Shown here: one piece after another, positions 49,701 to 64,000 of the stretch | How positions within the stretch are numbered: position 1 is the first letter of the stretch | Layout of the letters: every line of letters starts with the position of its first letter | Assembly: GCA_051362555.1 (NCBI GenBank) | Contig: CM120640.1 | Location: forward strand, 19,096,001-19,160,000 | Source: Lingula anatina | Lineage: Eukaryota > Animalia > Brachiopoda | DNA length: 64,000 bases | Direction of reading: 5' to 3' | The notes under the pieces: model-generated | What the model saw: the letters and a program-made list of their open reading frames with translations, nothing else | Told to the model about the DNA's origin: nothing | Database searches by the model: none | Position numbers and translations under genes: made by a program

Positions 49701-52700
49701 GTGTTAAGAAAACTGTACTAAATATTAGCTTAGAGGTTGGTATTCATGCTCTTAGATTTGATACATACTTCAAACGTAATGCAGTAATGCATTTTACTAC
49801 TGTCTAAAAAACTTAACTGGAACTGAAAATACAAAATGTCACTGTTGCATTTCGAGTGATTTAGAATGTGGTTTTAAAACATTTTTTTTTTTTTTGTATT
49901 TTGGAGTTTGTTGGTTATAAGATGTTAGCTACGCCGAACTGAAAAATTATTACAGACCCCAGGGGCGTTTCGACCTACAGTGTACGTGTAGGAACCACCA
50001 CGATTTTTGAAGTTTTGTGGCTCCTAAGTTTAGACTAATTTTCGGGCTAAAGATATTTTGATTGCCAGCCCAGGTTAATTTAATATAGTGTGTCTATAAT
50101 TAACTTTTGTAGAAAATATTTCATAAGAGGTTCAGACTTAAGGCTGCTGCAACAGGTCATTTTCGGGCTAATATGAACACATTTCGCTGCTTTTGTATAG
50201 CTTATGATTTATTACATATTCAAGTATCTCACTGTTTTTATCAAATTTGAAAATGCCATAAAAATTCAAATGTGTATTGATTTATATAAGATGAACATGT
50301 TGGCTTAGTTAAACAGATACGAAAACAAAAACCAGATTTTGACTAAAAAAAGAAATACTTGAATTTCCTTAATGTAATCTGAAATCAAACGACCATTTTA
50401 GTCCCCAGAATATTTGCATCGATACGTTCCATTTGTGGTTTGCGACCAATATGATGCACATGTCAAAAATCTTTAAGAGTATTCTTAATCCCACTCATCG
50501 TGGTATTGTTAACCTAAGTTGTGCACCCTTTTTTGTGTGTATATTCAACAGGGTGAACCTAGGACATTTAATGAAAATACATTTAAAGGTGAAGTCTTGG
50601 AGTTCAATTCGGAGCAAAGTCTACTTTTTTCATCTTTCTCTCCATTTTTTTTCTTTGATATGAAGTCCAAAACACAACCACAAATAAAGGGCACTTGTTA
50701 AAAATTTAATGCTATCCTTGTGATACATGCACCTTATCCATGTTTTTGATCTTTCTTCCGAAATTTAAATTATGTCTAATTGTATTCATGCTTTATGATG
50801 TTAGTATAAAAGCATGACGTACTTACGTGTAAATCACGATTTTCTCTGTACAAAAAAGACTAATTATGATGTAATGAGCTCGATTCTTTCCAAAATTTCC
50901 CTCATTACAAGTGCGCAAAATGGTAAGAGAATACAACATCTAAAAAACGCAAGTAATAATTTCTACGAAAGCCATACTTGTGTTGCAGTGAAAAGCCTTG
51001 CATCATTACCGATGAGAAAAAAAGGTCGTATATTTTTTTACAAGTCATGTTATTATTCAGCAAAGATTAACTCTGTTTAACTCGCACAAGGGGTGGGCGC
51101 TTAAAACCACGCTGTTGTACTTTGTAAAATTATCCTACACGGTTTTGCAATTATTTGAGCTTATTTTTAGTAGGCGGAGGGCGTTTTGGAAGTAGAAATA
51201 TTCTTCAAAACTATATGGGAGGTGTCGTAATTGACACAAAGTATGCTTATTATTTTACAATGCGGAGATATTTTGCTTAACTTTTACATCATGATTCATG
51301 AATAGGGTTAATGTTTTTGACTCGTATCACGAAAAACTGGAGCTTAATGTCTTGATCTTGCTGCGCAAAGGTCGACTAGTGTCAGTACTATGACCCCAAA
51401 ACACACACGTGGGTCGCATCACTTTTTTTGCACGTGTAAAAGCACTCGGGGTTTTATCTTTAACTTTCATACAAAGAAATGCCGATTTTTTTGCCTTCCA
51501 CATTATAACACATGAAACTGTGAGTGCATAAAGTGATTTTGATCCGGGAATGCCATCTCTTTGCTGAGTCCTAGCAGTGCAACATGGCCATAACAGTCAA
51601 AGACCTTTATTACATTTCAACTGTGTGACCCTGTCTAGAGTGTCTCGAAAAAAAGAGCACTTGTACCCTTATGCTTCCTGTATGCTCAATTTAAGTGTTA
51701 GTTCTTGGCATATCCAATAACAAAAACCAGCGTGCCTTATGGCTCACTGAGAAGAGAATGACATCAGACGTTATTCAGGTTCTGACTAAGGTCAAAAAAT
51801 GCCTGCCCGTGTCAAAGAGCTTGAATATAAATTTGATTCATAAAGGTTTACATGTACGCATGTGTTCCTGGCAACACTTGTGTAGAAGTTTGCCTATCAT
51901 ATTCTTTTCGGTACCTTTCTGTGTCATATAATGGTAATTAATTGATAGGGGTCTATATTAAGATCTTTGGTTAAAGTTACGGGTTTTCTTTTTTTTCCAT
52001 CTTCCCCTTTTTCTCTTAAAAAGCTTGTGCTTGAGTATCAAGTGCTACATCCTTCTAAAGCAACGAAACCATTATCTTGTCCAATAACTTGATTTTAATG
52101 TCAGTGAAAATGATGAGATTAAGCGGATATCCTGGCTCAAACAAGGTAAGAAACAGTAATATTAAAAACGCGTTTTTTTTTTAGTTATTTAGGGTTCGTA
52201 TACTTATACAATGTAGGAAAATCCTGGGAAATCGAAAAACAGCTGATTTTTATTCCATCTCCTGATGATCAAAGACAAGTGACAGTGACAGTTTCACTCG
52301 ATAGACAGTTTTAAGTCTGTTTGAAATACCTGTTGGACTTAATTGTATAGATATATGCAACCAGACAAGAATTATTCCTGAATTTAGGATATAAACCGTG
52401 CTGCAGAAAATATTAACTTGAAGACGTATTCATCAACTGGATGGTTATAAATTTATTTTCTCTTTTATATATAAAAGTGCACAAGATATGTTTTGAAATT
52501 ACAAATGCAAAACTGAAAATCGTATAATTTTTTTTCATTTTGGTTAATTGGACATTTGGTATTCGTATCGATGCATGTAACCCGTGTTCCCGACGAGCTG
52601 TACTTTTGGCTGGACCAGCGGACGTCTTATATTCAGAAGAACTGAAATTCTTATGATGTAATTGTTGAGGCATCACATATCTGAGAATCGGCATGTTGGT

Positions 52701-55700
52701 GACAATAGTTCAGACCTATTTTCTGCCATCGGGAACGTGACAAAACTATATGTTTATGCATGAAATCTATTATACCAGGGAAACTGTATATCGCGTTTCT
52801 TATAGTAAACAGAATTGGCAAGTCATTTTCTGAATGTGATTATTCAAAGTCTATTTCAAGAACGCAAGCGATTTTGAAAGCAAATTTGTTTTTCAATCAC
52901 TGCCTCATGCTACTATGAAATAGAGTATGAATCAAGTTTGGAGTAAATTTAATTACTTCCACCCTGAAGTCAGTGACAATAGTATTTATTTATAGCATGT
53001 GTTCGATGCAGTATCGACAACCCTTAAAAGGATTGTATATTTTGATTAAAATTAACAAAAGTTGAACTCAAAAGTTAACCGTTGAAATGTGAGATAGATT
53101 GATCTACGGCTTCAAGAATTGGCCTTTATTAATAGTCCCAGGCTGATTTGTCACCAGTGAAACGAGTCGTACCCGGCCAGCACGGGCATCGAATGAAAGG
53201 CCCCGCGGGCATAGAAGATGTTTTGCTAGGTGTTCCGCAAGATTCGGACAGTATTTCAGGTAAAAGTATATTGTAGTGTTATCTTTGATGAAGGAGAATG
53301 CAGTCAACGGTATTCCAGCATAATGTTCCTTCTGACTTGAATATGCTTGTGTCATGTAAAGGAAAATTTGCATGCATTCTTCGAAGGGCAGGGCCTTGTA
53401 AAACCCGCAAAACCACGGGCATCTAATTGATACCAAAAATCTAACAAGGTGATGACGTGGTGTAGATTAGGTAAGATCTGTTCAGAAAAGCCATACACAG
53501 TTGCCTGTCAACGAGAAAAATGCTCGGTATGGCGGGGCGAAATGGGTCAATATTTCTTCGACAAGCTTTAAGAAAATTTGTTATCCTTCGTTAACCCTGG
53601 CATTACCGCTGAAAAATGAGCTAATCATGATTTTCATTGACATATCCATTCAAGAATTAATATTGACAAAATTGTTAAAGAAATGTGACGGAGCAACTTT
53701 ATTAAAAAGTCAACAAAGTAGATGAGGACAGTTGAGTGCAATGAAACCATACATAGTCAGTTTTCACTAAGTGCACTCGCCCGTCGAACCTCAATCAAAA
53801 ATATATTCAATCAGCTGATGAAAATGAACAACATTTCATTTTAGCGAGTGAAGCTACCCGTGAGCCTAATCTATAAGAACGGCTCCTCTCTGAGGCGCTG
53901 AATTAGGCACCTCTTTTATCACATTAGTCCTAAACCAGACTCCAGTCCTAATTACAGTTATCATTTGTTTATAATATTACATAAACTACGTTTATGATAA
54001 TATTTCCGTGGTGTAAAGGCGCTTGATACTGTTAGGTGCCGCCCAGTGACAGCCTCGGGGTCAAACGTCACCCTCATTGTCCCTTGGTCCTTCGCAATAA
54101 CGCACCTCGGTGGAGGTTAGGAAAACATTTCACTAGGTTACAACTTGTTTGTTAATACTTTATATCGTAGAAATGGTCGATACAGTGCCAATGACCTCTT
54201 CCGATTTTAGCTACTTTTGAACGAGAGGTATGAGGATAGGCAGATTGAGGAGGTTCGCCGCATTGGGCATCTGGGAATTATTTCATTCACTACTCAACGA
54301 AAAAAATATTTTAGAGTAAGTTGTGGTAGGTTGGTTACTTTCCTGAGGGCTCACGTAATGTATCGGTCACTCTGTCCATCCGTGTTGGTCATACTGCGTG
54401 TGGGCTATGGTGTTGTAATACACTAGAGGGACTTTAAATTTGATGGGCAGCTGAATCCGTTCAAACGGCATAATGCAGTGTAAAACCACATCACCCGAAA
54501 GTGAGAATGCCCTTTATAGATTTAGAAGAACGAATCGGCTGTGTGGTTTTGGACGTTTGCAGGGATTATTTGTGAAGTGGCATCCATGAGTGGACAGGGG
54601 GGTAGTCTATAGTTTCTGTCACGACCAGCACCCATTTACATGGAGACCTGCATTTTACCAAAAAGTATTGACAGTATGCATTTTCATTTTAGTTATATAG
54701 TTGTACAATAATCAAATGTAACACCAGTGCTTGCAGTTTGGTGAACGCACGTGTAAGACCAGCGATTTTTAAGTATTAAAAGATGAACAGAAGGAAGTGA
54801 GGTGGAAAGGTTAATATTTCCATTTAATCAATTACACCTTTGTCCCATTAACAGGTGATATACTTTTAAAACACCGCTTTTTAAGGAGGGGGTAGTTATA
54901 CACTGACTCATTTTTTGTGTATCATTAAAAAGTCACTTATCAGGAAAAAAACACAAAAAGGTTAAATCTGATCACACTTAAGCTTGAATTTGTACTTAAT
55001 GTCCCCTTGTACTGAAAAAGACTGAAATTAACCTGGTTGTTAGAAATTGCAGTCGTAGAAACCAGTACACATTTTCAAAAAAAGGCGTAAGGACATTACT
55101 TTCATATTAAAATGATATTTGAGATATGTTTTTTATAGAAATGAAAACCCGACTCGTGTTGCGATGAATGAGTGCTCTCTAAGGTTATTTGGTGAAATTT
55201 GAGGGTAGTGCGAGCATTCAGTCCTGAAATACCCCTCACATCTCAAGCAGGTTTTATGGGATGTGGGAAATAGTTTATGCTTACGCCTGCGTTTGTGAGC
55301 TGCGAGCCGAAAGTAACAATAAGTCATACAAAGGTACGTTCTTTCAAAGGTTATTACCATTAATGCTAGAGATTTTCTTTTCAATTGCCTGCAGTCAAAG
55401 TGTTCCTGACTTATGAAGAGTCTATTAATGATAGAATATGGGGTGTGAAAAGGCACAACGCATCGTACTTAGGGCACAATGCCCTTAGTATAGTTTATCT
55501 TTGACTGTCAACACGAAACGCGATTTGAAAGCGCACCGATCACCACCAAGGCGTATTACGGCATGTCTCGAACAATACCTGTTTACCGAAATCATTTCAG
55601 CAAATTGTAAACGTGTGATTTTCTGAACTAGCATTAACTTGACGAGGAGGAGGTTGCCATAATTTCTTAGTCTCAAGTCTTTATTCTACTTTTTGATTCG

Positions 55701-56050
55701 CCACAATGCGAATCAAGCGAAATCGCTTTGCACCCAACCAGGTACAGTTGACCCACGACAGGCATTGACTGAATTACAAGGGATTCCACTTTAGATTTGA
55801 ATTTAGATCGAAGTTAATGTTTTTCTTTTCTATTGACTCTTGTCAAGTGTTGATGTCAGTGAGGCGTCACTTTTTATCTAATCGAACCGAATTGCACAGG
55901 TACCCGGCTCAGCGTGGATTAGATAGGGCAGTACTAGACGACCTTTTTTTACAAGCGTGACGCAGACACGTGAAGTTAGGGAGAATAATTCTTAACGAAG
56001 CTGGCGACTGCCGTTAACGAGCTGCTTCAAAACGTTTTTTTTTTAATCTG

Positions 56051-56052
<2 letters not shown>

Positions 56053-56092
<40 letters not shown>
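56053..56092. repeat. (AG)n microsatellite
   Basis: Direct observation. Confidence 0.95.
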
Positions 56093-56096
<4 letters not shown>

Positions 56097-59000
56097 AACT
56101 ACGTGTGGTATAAAAGGCTTGGTCAATCGCAACAGACCTCCTAACACGCATAAGAAAAGTTTTTCCACTGAACGAGGTTCAATAAAGTTTTTGCTCATTT
56201 TCACCGCCAATTACTTTCATTATCATTTTAACTACCGTTTCCAAATAACCCCCTGGCAATGCTTCCAATGTCATAATTCTCTTTTAAATTTTGTAAAGCT
56301 TCGTCGTCTCAATATTCGTTTCATCAGAGCTAGTTTTGTGGTATATTAAGTTCCTAATATATGCTTTTATTTTCTTTCGATTACGTATTAAATAACTCAT
56401 ACTTGATGTTGTGAAACGACTTAAAACAACAGTTGTCTCCGTGAACTTTGCATAGTGTTTCTGTCTAATTTGCCCTCATAAAGGGTAGCACAAGCTAAGT
56501 GACGCCTAGGCGGGCGGGTGTCTTTTTACACGAGTTGTTCAGTGTTACTTGCTTACAATCAGGCTTTAATCATGGTGTAATTTCAATTAATGCTGAATCG
56601 AGTTCGGGCAAATATGAAGTGCAAAATATTATTATTATTGGCATTGTGAATTTATGAGCCTTTTGTCCACTGCCGATCACCTCTAGCCTCTCCCTGAAAG
56701 GGCCGGGTAACTTTGCTCCCCTTAAGTAAAGTCCATTTCGACTCTGTTTATTTTTAAATACTAAAATTATTTACTGCTTGTGGATCATAGGCAAATACAA
56801 TAAGACCTGCGAGAGGCACAGTCGGTGCATTTGGTACGGGAGAGGCCTCGCCTTATAAGATACTAACGAGAGTCCCAAAGTGCATAGTTAATTTGTGCCC
56901 ACTCGTCCCGCCCGGTCATCGACGAGGTAACTGGTGCGAAGGCCTTCAACCAAGTGGGCGGCCGTAGTATAAAACAGGTGAGTTGGTTAAAATTACCGGT
57001 GCAGAATACCGGTGGCGTTTTTTTCCTCGCCATTGATGTCATGTCGCGCGAGCCTTGGTCGTTCGATAAAACAATAGGGTAATCCACTGTAGCAAGGACT
57101 TTTCTTTTGATTAGCGGGTCGATATTGTGACCGATTTACTCTGCAGTTTATTACAGAGGTACTCAAGGTCGACAAGTCCGCTTCTTATCGAATTGACTTT
57201 AGCTGTTGACAGGTTCTGCGTATAATAAATGACCTGTTGAATTTATTGGTTAAAGACGATCAGAAACTCCACCACTGGCATTGATCCAGACTAGAAATAG
57301 TTATCGCTACGCAAGGTTAGGACGGGTTACAGGGCTAGGGTGAGGTCTTTTGTCTAGGGCACTTAACTTAATTACTAGACTGCTCCATTTAACGGAATAC
57401 CAAATAATTATTAACTAAATGTACGGCCACTGCGTACAACCAAATACACACAATACAGGAAATCATTAACTCTTGGTTGTTGCTAATAGTCAGTATAAGA
57501 AACAAAGGTACTGTCCCTTATCTCTTGCTAAATAAGATAGCGAATTAATTTTTACATACGTGATGTAAATCACAGTTTTAACGTTATTGCGTCAGGTAAG
57601 AATGTGATTAAAAGTTTCAAAGTGCTGAAAAAAATCAATTTTGATTCGGATGTACATATTAACTACTGGCAGAAAATGACGAAACCGTACCGTAGTCATT
57701 CACTTATTGTCAAAATGACCCCGTTCCGGTCCGATTCATTCTTTATTATAGCTAACGCCCTGATAAATATTAGTTTTGGATACACACAACGAACAGAGTT
57801 CACAATTCAACCTATTTTTGTCACATTAACGCGTTTTTTTGTATTCTTTCGTGACACGGGGTTATAAAGTTTTCCCCTAATTTGTAAACAAAATTACTCG
57901 CGTTTGTGCCCCTGTGGCAGACGATATGCTTGCCAGAAGGGCAACGACCACTCCCCATTTATTCTGCTTTGGATATTCCATTGATAAAGCTGTATCAATG
58001 ATTCTGCAGAAACGATGGTTTTCAATCATCTCGACATTGATATAAACACTCATTTCCAGCTGTTAGCATTTTGGGGGATCAGATAAAAAGTTGGCAGGTA
58101 CCAACGCCCCTGTCTGCAGAGAGAGTGACGTGCCTATGGCGGATGATTAAGATAGAATAGATCGTTTATTTTTTATTTAATGTGCCTTTTTACAATAGAG
58201 TGACGCAGGTAGCGCTTACTTGGGCATCCTGATAATGATAAATCTTAGTGACTTCATTAACCCATTTAATCGCCACCCCTGGTCCATTAAAAACCACGTG
58301 TGTACTGATTAAAACTTAGCATGTTGTTTTTCATTCTCCGCCTTAAATAATTACAAAACGTATTTGGGCATTGGAAAAATTTATAAAGCTTCATTTATCA
58401 TTGGTTCTCCTATCACTGGCAAAAATTATCCTTAACTCCGGCAAATTGTGCTGAAAGAATCGCGAGGATATATGTGCATTGTAGAAGTTAAGAAGTTAGG
58501 CGAGGAATGATTGAGCAAGAACAAATATCGAAATATATATTTATACACATGCACGATTGCCTTATAAGACCTTGTATGATAAAAAGCGCCTAAGACCTCG
58601 GATCCAACATAAATTGGATCCTGGTTAAGCGATTCCTGCGGTTTAGGATTGATTTATAGTATCACCACAGATAGACATTTATATCCCACCAAATGAAGAC
58701 TAGCCAATGTCTTTCTTAACCACACTGGAGTCATAGCTCCGCCGTCGGTTCGGTCCCATATGCAGAAAGCGACGGATGGAGGGGTGTTGATTTAACATAC
58801 TGTACGTAAATGCTGCAATAAAGCACATATTTTGGCATGGCAGTCAACATGACAAAAAAATCGGCCTGGGGATTACTTTCCCGCTTCACCGCCAATCAAA
58901 AAAGCTAGGAGATCTTTATATTTTTACAGGTACTGATCATAAAGACTCGGGGTGGAGGGGGGGGGGAGGGGCGAATTATGTTATGTGACATCTATTATTG

Positions 59001-62000
59001 TTTCCTCAGAGACGGTCTCCCCAATGAGCGCTGTTAGGCGTTGCACTTCTCACATATTTTGTGAACTGGCCAGCATAACCGTCGTCACGGAAAATCAGCA
59101 TACATGTAGTTGGCACGGTATTTCACGTACGTAGCACGCACTATTGTTCGGGACATACCTACATGGACTTCTTTTTGTCTATGCTTCCCCCGGTTGTCTA
59201 TATAGACTAAGTTTTTCCAAGGTCCCATTGCATGTCAAGTGCGTGTTGAAATACACGTAAAACAATATAGGGATTAACAACTGACTCTGCCCATAGCTCT
59301 AGCTGCAATGTCAAACTTTTCAAAGCTAATAAGATAATAAACACAGCTCTTTTCACTGAGCTCTGTTCATAATTTACTCAGTTTCACTTCCCAACAATGA
59401 CATTAAATAGCAACTTAATATTCCCAAATGTTTTACAAGCGAAGCACAATTTTGGCCCAAACAGAAACTACGCAAACTCAGGGTGAAATTTTTTGGGAAA
59501 AAAACTCCCAGCCTATCGGCTTCGTGTCTTCTGATAATGTCACGTAGTTTTTCTTGTCAAGTTACAGATCGTCAAGCGTGAACCCATTCAAATGGTCTTT
59601 TCACTGCAATCAGTTTGATAATCGAATCTTTCGCTTCTTAAAATATCAATTTTATGTGTTAAAGGCGGCTCTGCTTTAGCTAAAAATTCACTACACTGAG
59701 TGCAGTGTCACAAGCATGCAACACAGCCATACGTTAATGGCAGTTCTGAAATTAGCAGCTGCCGTGACGCTTGAAGTGCGACCTTAATGAAGGGAAACTG
59801 CATTTTATTTAAGACGACGAGAAATTAAATTACTTGTACCAACAAATGCCTGTTAAACTTTCAATTAAAGCAAAAGGGTGGAGTGAGACTTGCGCAACCT
59901 TCCCTTTTTTGTTTTTAGCGCTAATTTAGGTGTTATAACTGCTATTCGCATGGAGAAACACAAATGGAGAAGGGACAGGTCAAATCGTATTGGATGCTAC
60001 ACATTTTCTGCTTTCATGTTATGTTTAATTTTCTTCCACAGTATCTTAATTTTTCTAAATCCGATAATATTTTATGCTAGCCTATACATAGTCATGAAAA
60101 ATTAACACAAATAAACAGGAAGGCCAATGTAAGCACTGTTCCTGCACATACGTCATTTCATCTTGTGGGGTATTTCTTGTGTATTCAATTTATCTTGTGA
60201 ATGGGAAGGTGCAAATCCAAATGAATTATTTTTTCTCCCTCCAAAAAAAAACTTCAATTTTCAAATAAGGCTTTTTGTTTGTTGGTTGAAATTATTTAGG
60301 AAACCTCTGAACCCTTGAATTTCAAGGCGTATAGTTTGTATGAAACTTTGATGAATTTGACTCCAGAGATGTGTATAATTCGGGTATTTGCTTATTTTGT
60401 GAAACACACACACAATAACTGTCGGTTCACCTGATTCTTCCACCATGACAGATCTTGACAAGTCTTACCGACATGCGGGTGGGTTCTTATCAGTTTTCCC
60501 TATAATTTTGCCAGGTTTGACTATAATCAATATTTTACCCCTGATAATGAGCTGAATTCTGGAAATCTAGAAGGGTGTGCATTATGGGTCCTTGTCACAC
60601 GATCTGCCGTCTGATTCATCACGGTGGCCTTATGATGCCTTGGCAGGTTTTTTTCACCATTATTTTATCATTTCACAAGTGGATTTATGCTTTGTTGTAT
60701 AGTTAAGAGGCAAATGTTCCGCAGACAGTAGAAAGGAAAAAAAAACAAACAAATTCTTACATTTGAAGGTAGTTCGCAAAGCGGTGCAGCCGCTACGGCA
60801 AACTTGAATGTGTTACACTGGTTTAAGAATTTCAAAACAATAAGTAATTTACATAGAGATAATGTATGCTCACTCACTTCATAGTTCTGACAAGAAAAGG
60901 GTTTGAAATAAACCTTTTCAAAAGAAGTAGATAATCCTATTTTGATTCGACAAATAATCTCAGTGCATGGTTACTATACGGCCAGTGGAAGTCACATACA
61001 GTTGTAGCACAAGGGCATTGTTTTCGTTAAAGGTGGCTTCTTAGCCTTGTTTTCTGATAAATAAAGATAGAAATATCTTGTAACCAAGCACACTTAGTTT
61101 GTTATTACGTCCAAATATACAACAAATATTTTTGGAACTTCTTTCACCACTTCGATAAACATTTGTGTTTAGACGCCTACGTCCCAAAATGTTATGTGCT
61201 GAAAAGTGTTAGCGCCCGTAAGTATTTTTTAAATCAATATTGTTTTTCCTTTTTCATATCCCAAAGACATTTCAGATATGCACAGGATACTTAAGTATAT
61301 ACATAAGTATGTACATGTATGTTGTTTTTTCGCTTTGACATCTTAAAGGGTGGGTTTGAATTGTGATATATTTCCAAATATTTAGATAGGTATTTTTCGT
61401 GTTTCCGGGCAATGAACATGAGGCAGAAAAATTCCTATTACCATGGATTTAATTCAAATTATATATACTAGGATTCCACAATATAATATTATCCAAATCA
61501 AAAATGGGCATGTTCACTGAGAATGTTAAAGGTACATTTAATTGGCGACTTTGTTAACGTAAATCATTTTCTAACATTTACATGATCTGTTTAACCGCCG
61601 ATGATATTTAAGCCACTGTTCTAAGCTTAATTCCCTCGTTTATAGAGATTTAACCAGTGAAACTTATAGGTTCTCCCCAAATCGGCGATTAAAGCTGTTG
61701 GATCGATGTCCGCGAGAATGCACTCGATCAAACAGATAATATCGGTGGTCTTTCGGCCGGATTTACGGTTAACGATTTAATTGTATTGTGTCATTATATA
61801 TGGCAAGTGTCAGCGGATTCAAAGCAAGTCGATTAAGACGCTTTTATATCTTCAAATATTTGTTCTGCTTATGCCATGTACAGTCAACACGAGATATGGC
61901 GCACACTTCTGCCGCGTACATATTTCGCTCATCTGTGAACGTAAACTCTGGTGAGAACTCGGGATAGACTTATTCCGTTGTCAATAATAGATCGATTTTG

Positions 62001-64000
62001 GGCAGTGAAAACGAACTTATTTATCCAACTATGCGCAACAAAATGACTAAAATTGAATTTCCCCTGGGCTGAGTTTATGGGGCCTCTGTTGTCATAACGA
62101 CAGTATCACCTAGTGCACTAGGTATTATGTGAGAAACCCCCCCCCCCAAAGATTTTTTCTCGTGGTTTACTATGTCATACCCTGCAAGCCAAGGCACACA
62201 GGTAGAGGAGCACGTGATTTTCATGAGGAACTAGCTTCCAACGTACTGTTGTAGGCCTACATGTATGTGGACTTTTCTCCCCGAGCCATCGTCTTCATGT
62301 CAGAGAGAACGGTATTATACAAGATTTCTCAGCAGGGCCTCCAAGATTAGCTTCTAATGATGGCAGAATGTAAACAAACACACCGCATGACAAGTGTCTG
62401 ATGAAAAATATGATAATATTTAGAAAAGAGAACACGATTCGCGGACCACCAGCTAGCTGTGATGGCTTTCAAGCTTATTTCAAACACTGCATTTTGTTTT
62501 CACTCGAAGTAACCACAACAGCCATGAAGAAAAATACTGTCAAACTACATGGTCAAAATATCCATGTTTTTATTGCGTATCGATGTAGAAAGGCTAATCT
62601 TATTAGTTTGCGCTCGATACTCGTTCTATCAATATTACATTAGAAAATGTGGGATGAATTTTTTGTAAACCTTATCAAACGCACGAACATATTTATTTTT
62701 CGGAACTGATATCAATTTATGGTATTTTATCAAATAAAGAACTTCATACTCGTTTTTGTACGTCTATGTTCATTCCCAATATTTGCATGATCTTGCCGGT
62801 CCAACGCCAGGGCCAGGGCACGTGTTTTGAAAACCCGACAGATTACTAGTCAAAACAAACTTGTTAGCGTCGTCAGCTTGTCCCTCATATCTTTTAAAAC
62901 ACTACGATCATCGCTAATATTTTGAGAGTCAAGTAGCTGGCCACTTAGAGGAACGATAAGCATATATTGCCATGACTTTGAAATAAAAGAGCAATAAGAA
63001 ATGAATGACTTATTGCCGCCTTTAGAATGATATGGCAAGCCAAGGTTCATATGAAATGGAGTGCTGACACCGTGTTTGGGTTTTATGTATTCATATATTT
63101 GTAATTCGTTTTATTTTAGGTTATTGGGCAATCAAATAAAGTAGTTACACAAATTGTTAATGGTTTTACACTTCATGAACCGAGGCGTCAGAACACTGAC
63201 AGAGCATGAATGTTTTCTGGCAACATACTATACCGCGAAGACTTGTACAAATATTTACCGGAGTGCATCAACGATCGGGAAAAAATACTTCATAGCTCAA
63301 ATATCCGCATTCCTGTGGTCTAGAAGTCACTTCAGAAGGGGCTGATTCTCGATATTAATGAAGGACTGAAAGAGAGAGTGCAGTAAACAGAGGGCAAGTG
63401 CTAGATGATTAGCGTAACCCAACCACCTACTCGAGGTTTCAGTACAAACTTCCTCGCTGCTTGTATTTTACTGACTTTTACCTATGTAGGTTGCGTGCGT
63501 ATTCACGGTTCCTTACACCGATTAGTCATTTATACACTGAACAGAGGGCATTTTTAGCACTGGAAAACAATTACGCAAAGAAGGATAATTTCTTGTATAA
63601 AACAAGTTCAGAATTTTGTTTACCCTGTCAGTCTTGACGTAGTTCCTTGTAACTGTGCTTTGTACACGCTAGATGTCTTATGGGGTTGGGAAAAAAGATG
63701 AGCCCTTTGCACGCCATCCTTAGTAACAATTTGAACGTAGGGGACGAGCAGAAGGCATTGGGTTTATGAGCGAATGTGTGCGCACTTTAATTAAATGGCA
63801 CGCACAGATTCAGGTGGTGAAGTTAATTAATGACTGATGATTTGCTTATTGGTTTTGGATAGAGCCTTGTATTAAAGTCACGAAGGGGCGCGAAATTATT
63901 GATACAGTCGCCAAACAAGGTGTAATAAAGCATTGATTGTATGCTACAGGTACTTGTGCATGGTCATGGAATGAACTTTGCTTTACGTTAAAATGACCGA

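Noticed and set aside
50138-51120. Possible Kolobok-like element starting TTAAGGCTGCTGCAACAG
   Set aside because: No matching right TIR or TTAA TSD could be found.
53104-53436. 110-aa ORF / possible MITE or SINE
   Set aside because: Only weak inverted similarity (GGCTTCAAGAAT / ATTCTTCGAAG), no TSD, no Pol III boxes and no protein motif.
60484-60503. CTTATCAGTTTTCC, resembling antisense miR-184
   Set aside because: Partial match only, with the seed-pairing end mismatched.

Overview
AT-rich, intron-containing eukaryotic genomic DNA, probably from a marine invertebrate such as a lophotrochozoan (inferred from gene content, not proven). Manual GT-AG splicing with phase checks gives four protein-coding genes in the first 43 kb. 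(1) The 5' part of a RAP80/UIMC1-like gene on the minus strand runs off the left edge. (2) A complete TBC1D12/TBC1D14-family Rab-GAP gene lies head-to-head with it. (3) A three-exon, putatively GPI-anchored Ly6/uPAR (quiver/sleepless-like) gene follows on the plus strand. (4) A 24-exon, ~897-aa uncharacterised coiled-coil gene on the minus strand has RFX and Forkhead motifs near its start. Introns and intergenic DNA carry several non-autonomous DNA transposons, including three unrelated CAG...CTG elements that each have a 5-bp target-site duplication. The last ~21 kb has no recognisable coding exon, retains CpG and is rich in CACGTG E-boxes, so it looks like regulatory DNA. Most of the short ORFs in the supplied track are spurious. 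I found no prokaryote-type system, CRISPR array, rRNA or tRNA.
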